From Pseudothermotoga sp. (lineage in GTDB: Bacteria; Thermotogota; Thermotogae; Thermotogales; DSM-5069): DNA of 21,016 bases. Positions 9,044-17,905 of this stretch are shown here, one piece after another (the stretch's first letter is position 1; each line of letters begins with the position of its first letter). The translations under genes were made by a program, and so were the position numbers. The notes beneath the pieces were generated by a model that saw only the letters and a list, made by a program, of their open reading frames with translations, did no database searches and had not been told where the DNA came from. The stretch is taken from the NCBI GenBank assembly GCA_041640575.1, contig JBEPZZ010000001.1, forward strand, positions 1-21,016. Reading direction: 5' to 3'.

Positions 9044-9077
9044 TCCAGCACCTTCATTGGGGTGCTGGATTTTGTTT
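9044..9077 (+). terminator. Rho-independent terminator after rpsT
   Basis: Stem TCCAGCACC (9044-9052) pairs with GGTGCTGGA (9061-9069), extendable by two G-U pairs, and is followed by TTTTGTTT. Confidence 0.8.
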
Positions 9078-9080
9078 GTA

Positions 9081-9089
9081 TGATAAAAT
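9081..9089 (+). promoter_or_regulatory. Extended -10 promoter for the CPBP-clpC-radA-disA unit
   Basis: TGATAAAAT (TGn + TAAAAT) just upstream of RBS AGGAG (9097-9101); no convincing -35. Confidence 0.55.
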
Positions 9090-9110
9090 TTTAAATAGGA
9101 GTAGTTTTGC

Positions 9111-9686
9111 GTGAAAATGCTTCAGATACTGACTGTACTTACTCTGGTTTTCTTGGGTTCTGTTATATCCTACTATACCGGGACAAATGGTTGGATTGTC
9201 CTTGGGTGGTATTTGTTATTGTTGGTAGTGGTCATATTGTTTTTGAAAAACAATGGAACCAACCTGAGAGATGTTTTTCTCATTAAACCAAGAATTTTAT
9301 TGAAATCGCTCTTGTACGTGCCAATTCTATACCTAGCTTTACTGCTCGTAGGTTTGTTCTTCCCGCAAACTGATGTTGCTCAAGGGTCATTAATGATTAA
9401 TGCTCAGATGATCTTGGCCTTGACTTTCGTTGGACCTTTGGCAGAAGAAGTTACGTTTCGCGTTTACTTTCAGGATTTGATTAGAAAGAAATTTGGAATC
9501 AACGCCACGATAGTCTTTTCTTCATTATTTTTTGCTCTTTTGCACCCTGTGAATGTTTTCCCACAGGCTTTTGTCATCGCAGTCTTTCTAGGCAGCCTAA
9601 GAGAGACTTATGGATCAGTTACACCTTCTGTATTGATACACTGTCTAAACAATACGATAGCACTGATGTTTAATGTCCTGACTTGA
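9111..9686 (+). CDS. CPBP (CAAX/Abi) family intramembrane glutamic endopeptidase
   Basis: Multiple TM segments with motifs EEVTFR (EExxxR), FALLH (FxxxH) and HCLNN (HxxxN). Confidence 0.9.
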   Translation: MKMLQILTVLTLVFLGSVISYYTGTNGWIVLGWYLLLLVVVILFLKNNGTNLRDVFLIKPRILLKSLLYVPILYLALLLVGLFFPQTDVAQGSLMINAQMILALTFVGPLAEEVTFRVYFQDLIRKKFGINATIVFSSLFFALLHPVNVFPQAFVIAVFLGSLRETYGSVTPSVLIHCLNNTIALMFNVLT

Positions 9687-9702
9687 AAGGAGTGATGTGA
9701 AA

Positions 9703-12153
9703 ATGTTCGATAAATTCTCAGAAAGATCTGCACAAGTTTTTGTGGAAGCTCAAAATGAAGCCAAAGAAATGGGCCATTCATATGTTGGAACAGAACATAT
9801 ATTGCTTGCGATTTTGAAACAAGATTCCCCAATTTCAGAAAGCCTAGCAGAGATTGGCATAACTTATTCACGAGCAAAAAATGAAGTAATTTCCATAGTT
9901 GGTATGGGTATGCGAGGAATGGCGAACTCACCTCAAATGACACCGCGCGCTAAGAGGATCATAGAACTCGCATATGAGGAAGCTAAATATCTCGGAAGTG
10001 AAAAAATACAACCTGAGCACATTTTGCTGGGAATAATCAGAGAAGGTGAAGGGATAGCCGTTCACGTGCTGAAGAAGATGGGAGCCGATTTGAGTTTCCT
10101 CAGAAGAACCATTATAGAAAACAGCTCACCCAGAACCAATGATTTTGAAGTTGACAGGGGCGCTGAAAGTACTTCAGTTAGACAACTCGAAGGTTTCGGT
10201 ATAGATTTAACAGCCTTAGCTATGAAGAATCAGCTCGACCCAGTTATTGGTAGAGATGAAGAAATCGAAAGAGTAATGCAAGTACTAGTTAGAAGAAAAA
10301 AGAACAACCCGGTCTTGATAGGTGAACCTGGAATAGGTAAAACAGCTATTGTAGAGGGTTTGGCACAAAGAATAGTTGCAGGAGAAGTCCCAGAACCGTT
10401 GAAAAGAAAGACAATCTTTTCACTTGATGTTGCTGCTCTTGTTGCAGGTACCAAGTATCGAGGGGAATTCGAAAAAAGAATGAAGAAACTCTTGCAAATT
10501 GTGACAAGAGATTCCAATATAATTCTCTTCATAGATGAAATTCACACAATAGTTGGTGCAGGTTCAGCTGAAGGAGCTGTTGATGCGGCGAACATACTCA
10601 AGCCAGCGCTATCAAGAGGTGAGATTCGTTGCATAGGTGCAACGACGCCAGATGAATATCGAAAGTACATTGAAAAGGACGCAGCCTTGGAAAGAAGATT
10701 TCAAAAAATCTATGTGAGAGAACCCACTATAGAAGAAACTCTAGATATTCTCAAGGGATTGCGATCGCGATACGAATCTCATCATAGAGTTAGGTACAGT
10801 GAAACGGCTTTGGAAGCTGCTGTATATCTTTCGAAACGCTATATCACAGATCATTTCCTACCGGATAAAGCAATTGATGTTATAGACGAAGCCGGTGCAA
10901 GAGCAAGGTTGAAAAGCTTTGTTATCCCACCTGAACTTCGCGAGCTGAAAAAACAGCTTGATCAAATAAAAGCAGACAAAGATTTAGCTGTTTTGAACCA
11001 AAACTATGAGGAAGCTGCTGAACTTAAAGAAAAAGAGAGAATTTTAACCCAAACCTATAACGAACAGTATGAACGTTGGAGAAAAAACATCGAGTCAATG
11101 ATAATCGACGTAGGTGTTGACCAAATTGCAGAGGTTGTCTCTAGTTGGACCGGAATACCTTTGACTAAACTTGAAGAAAGCGAAAGTGTGAAACTCCTGA
11201 ATCTAGAGAAAGTTTTGCACGAAAGAATTGTTGGTCAAGACGAAGCCATAAAAGCTGTTGCAAGAGCAATAAGAAGAGCAAGAAGTGGCTTGAAAGATCC
11301 AAGAAGGCCGATAGGTGTATTCCTATTCTTAGGACCTACAGGAGTTGGTAAAACAGAACTCACGAAAGTATTGGCATCTCACTTGTTTGGAGACGAAAAA
11401 GCTCTAGTAAGGTTTGACATGAGTGAGTACATGGAAAGATTCTCCGTTTCAAGGTTGATTGGTGCGCCTCCAGGTTATGTTGGATATGAGGAAGGAGGAA
11501 CATTAACAGAGAGGGTTAGACACAGACCATTCTCGGTAATACTCTTTGACGAAATTGAAAAAGCGCATCCTGATGTGTTCAACATATTGCTCCAAATAAT
11601 GGACGAAGGGCGTCTCACCGATTCACAAGGCAGAGAAGTTGATTTCAAAAATACAATAGTTGTAATGACGAGTAATATTGGTGGTACCTTGATTAATAAA
11701 GCCAAAAGAACATTGGGATTTGTTTCAGAAGAAAACATTCAGCAGGAGTACAATGAAATCAAACAGCTCGTTCTTGAAGAGGTCAAAAAGACTTTCAGAC
11801 CAGAATTTCTGAACAGGATTGACGAAATAATTGTTTTCCATCCTCTTACAAGAGAACACATAGAAAAGATAGTTGACATCTTACTCTCAGATCTTCGTGA
11901 AAGATTAAAAAGCAAGAACCTGACTTTGGTTCTTACCAGCGAGGCAAAAGATTTGTTGATTCAAAAAGGATACGATCCTGTTTTCGGTGCAAGGCCACTA
12001 AAGAGAGCTATTCAACAACTACTTGAGGATCCGTTGGCAGAAGAGATTCTCAGAGGCAAATTCAATCCGGGTGACACAATTGTTTGCAAAGCATCCGGCG
12101 AAACAATGAAATTCACCAAAAGAAGGCAAAGAGCAGGAGCATTCAGTGAATGA
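9703..12153 (+). CDS. clpC: ATP-dependent Clp protease ATPase subunit ClpC
   Basis: Duplicated Clp_N repeats (GTEHILL / QPEHILL), AAA1 GEPGIGKT and LFIDEIH, UVR-type M domain ([13 protein letters not shown]), AAA2 GPTGVGKTE and LFDEIEKAH, ClpP-docking loop [13 protein letters not shown] 9703 preferred; GTG 9697 is an alternative. Confidence 0.96.
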   Translation: MFDKFSERSAQVFVEAQNEAKEMGHSYVGTEHILLAILKQDSPISESLAEIGITYSRAKNEVISIVGMGMRGMANSPQMTPRAKRIIELAYEEAKYLGSEKIQPEHILLGIIREGEGIAVHVLKKMGADLSFLRRTIIENSSPRTNDFEVDRGAESTSVRQLEGFGIDLTALAMKNQLDPVIGRDEEIERVMQVLVRRKKNNPVLIGEPGIGKTAIVEGLAQRIVAGEVPEPLKRKTIFSLDVAALVAGTKYRGEFEKRMKKLLQIVTRDSNIILFIDEIHTIVGAGSAEGAVDAANILKPALSRGEIRCIGATTPDEYRKYIEKDAALERRFQKIYVREPTIEETLDILKGLRSRYESHHRVRYSETALEAAVYLSKRYITDHFLPDKAIDVIDEAGARARLKSFVIPPELRELKKQLDQIKADKDLAVLNQNYEEAAELKEKERILTQTYNEQYERWRKNIESMIIDVGVDQIAEVVSSWTGIPLTKLEESESVKLLNLEKVLHERIVGQDEAIKAVARAIRRARSGLKDPRRPIGVFLFLGPTGVGKTELTKVLASHLFGDEKALVRFDMSEYMERFSVSRLIGAPPGYVGYEEGGTLTERVRHRPFSVILFDEIEKAHPDVFNILLQIMDEGRLTDSQGREVDFKNTIVVMTSNIGGTLINKAKRTLGFVSEENIQQEYNEIKQLVLEEVKKTFRPEFLNRIDEIIVFHPLTREHIEKIVDILLSDLRERLKSKNLTLVLTSEAKDLLIQKGYDPVFGARPLKRAIQQLLEDPLAEEILRGKFNPGDTIVCKASGETMKFTKRRQRAGAFSE

Positions 12154-13478
12154 AAGAACGAACGGACTTCGTTTGCAGTAACTGTGGATATAAATCTCCA
12201 AAGTGGTTCGGAAAGTGCCCACAATGTGGTCTGTGGGACACAGCTATACAGGAAGCGGCAGGCGGCAAAGAGAAGCGTCGTTCAACTGTTATTGTTGCAC
12301 TCGATGAAATCGTTAAGAATAAACGAACCGAAAGATTCGCTACAGGTTTCTCAGAACTTGACTTAGCTCTAGGTGGTGGTCTAGTCCCCGGACAGATTGT
12401 CTTACTTGGTGGAGAGCCGGGCGTTGGGAAAAGTACGTTAGCCCTACAAATTTGTGGCTTCTTTGCTTCTTGCAATCGAAAGGTTCTTTATGTTGCTGCT
12501 GAAGAATCTCCTGAACAAATTGCATCAAGGGCAGATAGGTTAGCAGTCAAGAATCTTGACAAACTAATGGTAACTGCCGACAACGATCCTGATAACTTTG
12601 TACAAGTAGTTGATTCAGGCTATTCACTTCTTGTTGTTGATTCGCTTCAAACAATGCATTCCACAGAAGTTGGAGCGTATGCTGGAAGTGTTATTCAGGT
12701 TCGTTACGCTACCGAGAAAGTTATAGAACGATGTAAAACTTTTTCAATCCCAGCGATACTAATTGCACATGTCACAAAAAGTGGTGAAATATCAGGGCCA
12801 AAATTAATAGAACACCTTGTAGACACCGTGGTATATTTTGAAGGCGAGCAATTAACTGAATTTAGAATCCTTAGAACTGTCAAAAATAGGTTTGGACCTT
12901 CTGGTGAAATTGCTGTTTTCGAAATGAAGGAAAATGGTTTGAACCAAATAGAAAACTTTGGGTTTTTCGATAAGACAGAACAACTGCCCGGAAATAGTTT
13001 GTCGTGCGTTATCGAAGGTTCAAGGGCCTTCGTTATTCAAGTTCAAGCGTTAGTTTCAAAGACGAGGTCAACTATGCCGAAAAGAATCAGCAGTGGATAT
13101 GATTTGACACGGCTTTATTTAACAATCGCCGTCGTAAGCAAACAACTGAACCTACCTCTTGAGTTACACGATATTTATGTTAACGTTTTAGGTGGCTTAC
13201 ACGTAACCGATACTGCCGTTGATGCGGCAGTCGCTGGTGCATTGATTTCTTCATACTTTGATAAATCAATTGGTCAGATCGCATTGATGGGAGAACTGAG
13301 CTTGGATGGCAGAATTAAAAGCGTGAGCAGGTTTCAAACAAGAATTGATGCGCTTAAGAAAGTGGGGGTGAAAAAAATCTTGGGGCCTTTAACTCCAGTA
13401 ACTAACCATAGAGAGAACTTTATTAGAGTTGACACTGTTAAAGATTTGGCGAACATGATTGGGGGTGCTCAAAACTGA
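12150..13478 (+). CDS. radA: DNA repair protein RadA/Sms
   Basis: C4 zinc finger CSNCG...CPQCG, Walker A GEPGVGKST, VVDSLQ, HVTK.G.I.GP...EHLVD, KNRFG signature, Lon-like C-terminus (GELSLDG). Confidence 0.97.
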   Translation: MKERTDFVCSNCGYKSPKWFGKCPQCGLWDTAIQEAAGGKEKRRSTVIVALDEIVKNKRTERFATGFSELDLALGGGLVPGQIVLLGGEPGVGKSTLALQICGFFASCNRKVLYVAAEESPEQIASRADRLAVKNLDKLMVTADNDPDNFVQVVDSGYSLLVVDSLQTMHSTEVGAYAGSVIQVRYATEKVIERCKTFSIPAILIAHVTKSGEISGPKLIEHLVDTVVYFEGEQLTEFRILRTVKNRFGPSGEIAVFEMKENGLNQIENFGFFDKTEQLPGNSLSCVIEGSRAFVIQVQALVSKTRSTMPKRISSGYDLTRLYLTIAVVSKQLNLPLELHDIYVNVLGGLHVTDTAVDAAVAGALISSYFDKSIGQIALMGELSLDGRIKSVSRFQTRIDALKKVGVKKILGPLTPVTNHRENFIRVDTVKDLANMIGGAQN

Positions 13479-14527
13479 TAGAGGATTCCATTTTGGAAAA
13501 GCTATCACTCCTATCACCGGGATCGAAGCTTAGGAAAGCTCTGGAGGACATAATTTCTGCCAATCTTGGTGCCTTGCTTTTCTTTGTTGATGATGTAAGA
13601 GAGTTCAGCAACATCATGCAAGGTGGTTTCGAACTTAATTGCCCTTTCACACCAGAAAGGCTTTATGAACTGGCAAAGATGGACGGCGCAATTGTTTTGT
13701 CTGAAGATGTGACCAAGATATTCTCGGCAAATGTACATCTAGTTCCAGATCCAAAAATTCCTACGGTGGAAACTGGCATAAGGCATAGGACAGCCGAAAG
13801 AGTAGCTAAGCAGACCGGAAAGATGGTTGTTGCAATCTCGAAAAGGAGAAATGTGATTTCTCTTTATGTTGGCCATCATAAATACGTCCTTAATGACAGA
13901 AGACTTTTGATAACCAAGAGTACACAAGCCTTAAACATGTTGGAGAGATATCGAGCAAGTTTTGACAGGATACTTTCGAACATCGAAAACGAAGAACTTC
14001 ACGGAATCTCTGTGTATGACGTTGCGAAAGCGCTGGAGAAAGCTGTAATAATGCTCAGAACATATGATGAAATCTACCCATATGTTGTTGAACTTGGTGA
14101 AGATGGAAAATTAGTAAGCCTGCAAATCGACGAACTTGTCGAAGGACTTGAAGACACTGCATCCTTACTGATACTGGATTACAGTCTAGTTGAGCTAAAA
14201 TTAGATGATGCAAGGAAACTTCTTTCAAAAATGGTGGAAGATCATGATATTACGGCCCTGAAAATAATAAAGTATCTTGGTTGGGACACACAGAGCACCC
14301 CACATTTGACCGAGCAGTTATGTTATCCAAGAGGTTACAGAGCTTTAAGGCTGTTTGCAAAAATGCCGGTTACAGCCTCGGCAAAAGTGATAGAAAAATA
14401 CAAGAACCTTAAATCATTGCTGTCAGCTTCGATAGAAGATTTGACGTCTATTGAAGGTATAGGGGAGAAAAAAGGCCGTGCGATTCTATCTGCAATTGAA
14501 ATACTAAGGAGTAGACTGTTAAAATGA
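13475..14527 (+). CDS. disA: DNA integrity scanning diadenylate cyclase DisA
   Basis: DAC motifs [10 protein letters not shown] and [10 protein letters not shown], helical spine, C-terminal HhH (IEGIGEKK); radA-disA synteny. Start is either CTG 13475 or TTG 13493 (see findings). Confidence 0.95.
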   Translation: MIEDSILEKLSLLSPGSKLRKALEDIISANLGALLFFVDDVREFSNIMQGGFELNCPFTPERLYELAKMDGAIVLSEDVTKIFSANVHLVPDPKIPTVETGIRHRTAERVAKQTGKMVVAISKRRNVISLYVGHHKYVLNDRRLLITKSTQALNMLERYRASFDRILSNIENEELHGISVYDVAKALEKAVIMLRTYDEIYPYVVELGEDGKLVSLQIDELVEGLEDTASLLILDYSLVELKLDDARKLLSKMVEDHDITALKIIKYLGWDTQSTPHLTEQLCYPRGYRALRLFAKMPVTASAKVIEKYKNLKSLLSASIEDLTSIEGIGEKKGRAILSAIEILRSRLLK

Positions 14528-14530
14528 TTA

Positions 14531-14539
14531 TGGTAAAAT
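14531..14539 (+). promoter_or_regulatory. Extended -10 promoter for the rpmH operon
   Basis: TGGTAAAAT just after the disA stop; weak -35 candidate TAGACT at 14512-14517; strong RBS AAGGAGGAG at 14563-14571. Confidence 0.55.
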
Positions 14540-14576
14540 CACTTGTGCAAAGACTCGAGGAAAAGGAGGAGTAGAC

Positions 14577-14711
14577 GTGAAAAGAACTTATCAACCAAGC
14601 AGAAAGAAAAGGAAAGCTACTCACGGATTTTTGGTAAGGTCCCGAAGCGCTTCCGGTAGAAAAGTACTGGCAAGGCGCAGGGCAAAGGGAAGGTGGAAAA
14701 TAGCTGTTTGA
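14577..14711 (+). CDS. rpmH: 50S ribosomal protein L34 (absent from the ORF track, 44 aa)
   Basis: Manual translation from GTG 14577: [44 protein letters not shown]; strong RBS; directly upstream of rnpA. Confidence 0.98.
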   Translation: MKRTYQPSRKKRKATHGFLVRSRSASGRKVLARRRAKGRWKIAV

Positions 14712-15067
14712 AACAGTTCGCTTTTTCGAGGTATGAAAGGCTTAGACTTGAAAACGACTTTGAGAGGGTTTTCCGCGAGGGTAAAATGATTCAGGATGAG
14801 AATTTCACGATTCTATTTGCTGAAAATAATTTAGGTAGATGCAGACTAGGAATTATTGTAAAAAAGAAATTTGGAAAGGCTCATGATAGAAATAAAATTA
14901 AGAGGTGGATCAGAGAGGTTTTCCGCCATTATAAGGTTAACTTCAATAGGAGTTTCGATATAATTGTAATTCCGCGGAGAACCCTTTCTGTCGTTTTTCC
15001 AAGTGTTGATTTTCATCATGTGAAAGATACCTTGACTTTGTTGCTAAAGGGAATCGAGCAAGCATGA
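14708..15067 (+). CDS. rnpA: Ribonuclease P protein component
   Basis: [42 protein letters not shown] (RNR motif), DIIVIPR. TTG 14708 overlaps the rpmH TGA and is preferred over the ORF track start at 14693. Confidence 0.95.
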   Translation: MKQFAFSRYERLRLENDFERVFREGKMIQDENFTILFAENNLGRCRLGIIVKKKFGKAHDRNKIKRWIREVFRHYKVNFNRSFDIIVIPRRTLSVVFPSVDFHHVKDTLTLLLKGIEQA

Positions 15068-15303
15068 AAAAAGTCGTACTTTTATTGATAAGGTTTTACC
15101 AGAAATATATCTCTCCACTTAAACCTCCATCTTGCAGGTTTACACCTACTTGTTCTGCGTACGCATATCAAGCTATAGAACGTTTTGGAATTCTCAAAGG
15201 TGGTTTCTTAGCAATGAAGAGGATCATAAGATGTAATCCTTTGAATCCCGGAGGATTTGATCCAGTTCCAGAAAGATTCGAACTGAGGAGGAGATCAAAT
15301 TGA
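15064..15303 (+). CDS. yidD: Membrane protein insertion efficiency factor YidD
   Basis: [35 protein letters not shown]. Confidence 0.96.
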   Translation: MKKVVLLLIRFYQKYISPLKPPSCRFTPTCSAYAYQAIERFGILKGGFLAMKRIIRCNPLNPGGFDPVPERFELRRRSN

Positions 15304-16631
15304 GAAAGGTCTTACTTTTGATTTTCAGCATTCTGGCCTTGATGACTTTTGCGAAAAATGAAATAAGTGTAGTTCAACTCGAAAATATTTTGAAGGTAAA
15401 GACACGTTTTTCAGAATATGAATTTGATGCTTCTGGAAATCTGCTAAATGTTTACATCACCCCTGATCGGAGACTACATGTCTTCGAGGCCTCCGATGAT
15501 GGTTTGGAACTGTTTGATGAGAATGGTCTAAGACTTGAGAAACCGGTTAAATTCTCCATCCTTGGAACTCAGGTGGCACCAGGTACGTTTTCTGGTGATA
15601 TAACACTTGTCTATGAATATGAGGATGAAACAATTAAGAGCATCACTATCAGGAACATTCCAGAATATCTGCTTGAAGTCAGGATTGAGTCTAAGCGCAA
15701 TCTTCTACTAACCTTACCAAGAGTTTGGTTTGAGGATAATGATAGATTTGTTAGAGGGTATTTCATATCTTTTGCACCGAAGAACAAAATCATAGCATTA
15801 AGCAAATTTGACAGTGGGAAAATAATTCTCAACCGTGTTCAATTTGAAGGTAATTTAACAACTTTGGTGCATATAGGGCCATTGAAAAGAATTTTTCTCA
15901 AGAAACTATTTCTAGATGATTATTCGGCATTAACTTCTGAATTGAAGACAATTCGCGGTACATCTAATTGGTATGACTCGTTGTTTTATCCACTGGTTTG
16001 GTTCTTCTGGTGGTTGTACGAACTGACTAAGAATTTCGGATGGGCAATAATTCTTTTCACGATAATAATAAGATTTGTTCTATATCCTCTGTATCACGCT
16101 CAGACGAAATCAATGATAAAAATGAGAAAGTTACAACCTAAGGTCGATGCTGTGAGAAAGAAATATAAGGATCCTCAAAAGCAACAGGAAGAGCTTATGA
16201 AAATCTATAAAGAAGAAGGAATCAACCCAGCCAGCGGATGTTTGATGCTTCTCATCCAGCTACCGATATTCTTTCTGTTGTATGCAGTCATTCGATACTT
16301 CCAGGAAGAATTTGCTTACGGCAGCAGATTTCTTATATGGAATGACCTATCAGTTGGAGGCTTTTCGGCGAATGCAATATTCATCTTAATAACGATCGTT
16401 GCAAGTTATTACAACACTTTGATAACCAGTACTGATTCAAGATCAGCGTGGCAAGGCATACTGATGTCCGTAATATTCCCATTTTTATTCGTGAGTCTAC
16501 CGAGCGGATTGTTCCTGTATTACACCGCAAATACTGTTATACAACTTGTCGTGACGTATTATATCTACAAACGATACAAAATAAGAGGCATAACAACTAG
16601 AGAATTGCTTGGGTTGAAAGCCAAGGGGTGA
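15300..16631 (+). CDS. yidC: Membrane protein insertase YidC
   Basis: N-terminal hydrophobic segment and periplasmic domain, then [73 protein letters not shown] at 15285-15292. Confidence 0.96.
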   Translation: MRKVLLLIFSILALMTFAKNEISVVQLENILKVKTRFSEYEFDASGNLLNVYITPDRRLHVFEASDDGLELFDENGLRLEKPVKFSILGTQVAPGTFSGDITLVYEYEDETIKSITIRNIPEYLLEVRIESKRNLLLTLPRVWFEDNDRFVRGYFISFAPKNKIIALSKFDSGKIILNRVQFEGNLTTLVHIGPLKRIFLKKLFLDDYSALTSELKTIRGTSNWYDSLFYPLVWFFWWLYELTKNFGWAIILFTIIIRFVLYPLYHAQTKSMIKMRKLQPKVDAVRKKYKDPQKQQEELMKIYKEEGINPASGCLMLLIQLPIFFLLYAVIRYFQEEFAYGSRFLIWNDLSVGGFSANAIFILITIVASYYNTLITSTDSRSAWQGILMSVIFPFLFVSLPSGLFLYYTANTVIQLVVTYYIYKRYKIRGITTRELLGLKAKG

Positions 16632-16636
16632 ACCGA

Positions 16637-17272
16637 GTGAAGAAAATTACAATTTCTGCTGCTAGCATTGAAGAAGCTTTAGAACTAGCAAAAAGTCAGC
16701 ATAAATTGCTCGATGGAGAATTTGATTTCACCGTCCTTGACAAGGGATTTAAGGGGTTCTTCGGCCTCATGGCGAGAAATGCCACCATAGAAGTAAAAAT
16801 TAAGAACAATTATTATGAACGAAGATTAAAGGAGTTTGTTGAAAAGATCCTTGGGAAAATCGGATTATTCCAAGTGAGAGTTACCTCTAACGGTAGAAGA
16901 TTTTTCATCGAATTGAATGGGGCAAATCTGAGTCAATGGATAGATAAAAATAAGGAAGTCGTCCCAGCTATTCAACATTTGGCAACGATTTTCGTGAATC
17001 GTATTAGCGATACAAAACTTTGCGTTGATTTGGACATAGAACAGCTCAGAGAAAAAAGAAGAAAAACCTTGAACGAAGTTGTAGAACAAGCAATATTAAA
17101 AGTGAAGAAAGGAACAAAAAAGGTAATACTTGAGCCAATGAATGCTGGGGAACGGCGAATAGTTCATGAACTGGTGAAAAAGCATAAGGACTTAAAAAGC
17201 TATTCTATAGGTATTGAACCTTACAGAAGAGTTGTTATTGAACATTCCCAAAACAACGGTGAACAAAGCTAG
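16637..17272 (+). CDS. jag: Jag/KhpB/EloR RNA-binding protein (Jag_N, degenerate KH, R3H)
   Basis: Jag_N (ISAASIEEAL...VLDKGFKGFFGL), R3H (LEPMNAGERRIVH) and SYSIGIEPYRRVVI; follows yidC. GTG 16637 follows RBS AGGGGTGA; GTG 16628 is an alternative. Confidence 0.9.
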   Translation: MKKITISAASIEEALELAKSQHKLLDGEFDFTVLDKGFKGFFGLMARNATIEVKIKNNYYERRLKEFVEKILGKIGLFQVRVTSNGRRFFIELNGANLSQWIDKNKEVVPAIQHLATIFVNRISDTKLCVDLDIEQLREKRRKTLNEVVEQAILKVKKGTKKVILEPMNAGERRIVHELVKKHKDLKSYSIGIEPYRRVVIEHSQNNGEQS

Positions 17273-17862
17273 GTCTCTCTAAAGACAGTTAGAGCAGCGT
17301 ACGCAGCTGCCATGAGGGGGTCTTTTTGGAGTTCGCTACTCCCTATTAAGCTTTTCTCGACACCGTTTTGAAGCTTTGTTATATGACAAATCAGGAAATC
17401 CTTACCAGCAAGTGTGACGATTCTCACATCATCGACAGAAAAAACTGAATCACTGAGTTCCTCAAGGGCGTTAAAAACCGCACATGCTGCGGTTTTTAAT
17501 TTTTGCATGCTTGTTTTGGCACCTTCAGCACTTCCCGTAAAAGTTTCCTCTCCACGTTCAATCGTAACTTCTACGCGAATCTTTTTCCCCAAATCTTCTG
17601 CCCTCAAAGAGGTTATCTCATAATCAATCGATGGTTGTCCGAATCCAGTAAGCTGCGCAACACTAACTATCTTCCGATCAATTCTCAAACCAGTCGAGGC
17701 AAGTATTGCGGTTTCGACATCTCGAACTACTTGCTTCGGATTCTTCTGTGAATCCGCAACAACATGTATTTCTTTAATACCGTCTCCATCGGCTACAACT
17801 TTAACCCCGGTTATACCTGAAATTTGAGATAATACCGCCTCAATTTTCTTTGGATCGATCAT
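17269..17862 (-). CDS. Hypothetical two-domain protein; C-terminal half resembles the LeuA-type allosteric (regulatory) domain
   Basis: True start is likely ATG at 17862 (MIDPKKIEAVLSQ...) after RBS GAGGGGGAG, giving 197 aa. The C-terminal pattern is beta3-alpha twice, ending GSSELQKDPLMAAAYAAL. The fold call is inference. Confidence 0.8.
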   Translation of the reverse strand: MIDPKKIEAVLSQISGITGVKVVADGDGIKEIHVVADSQKNPKQVVRDVETAILASTGLRIDRKIVSVAQLTGFGQPSIDYEITSLRAEDLGKKIRVEVTIERGEETFTGSAEGAKTSMQKLKTAACAVFNALEELSDSVFSVDDVRIVTLAGKDFLICHITKLQNGVEKSLIGSSELQKDPLMAAAYAALTVFRET

Positions 17863-17878
17863 AATTCTCCCCCTCTTT

Positions 17879-17891
17879 TGGTATTCTAACA
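17879..17891. promoter_or_regulatory. Putative bidirectional promoter (overlapping extended -10 elements)
   Basis: + strand TGGTATTCT (17879-17887) and - strand TGTTAGAAT (17891-17883) lie in the 43-bp gap between divergent genes. Confidence 0.6.
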
Positions 17892-17905
17892 TGTGGTGAT
17901 GAAAA

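Noticed and set aside
9044..9069. CIRCE-like arms (AGCAC...GTGCT) upstream of the clpC-containing unit
   Set aside because: CIRCE is TTAGCACTC-N9-GAGTGCTAA. Here the arms are CCAGCACCT/GGGTGCTGG with a 6-nt spacer and a T tract follows, which fits a terminator better.
9111..9686. 'Abi' family label suggesting phage defence
   Set aside because: The CPBP/Abi name is a historical misnomer; the motifs indicate a membrane protease and no defence genes are nearby.
13475..14527. Cyclic dinucleotide cyclase as a possible CBASS-like defence system
   Set aside because: It is a canonical DisA (DAC-spine-HhH) in the housekeeping radA-disA context, with no effector genes.
14507..14576. 10-bp direct repeat AGGAGTAGAC at 14507 and 14567
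   Set aside because: Only two copies, one being the rpmH RBS and the other disA coding sequence. There is no array, spacer series or mobile element, so chance is plausible.
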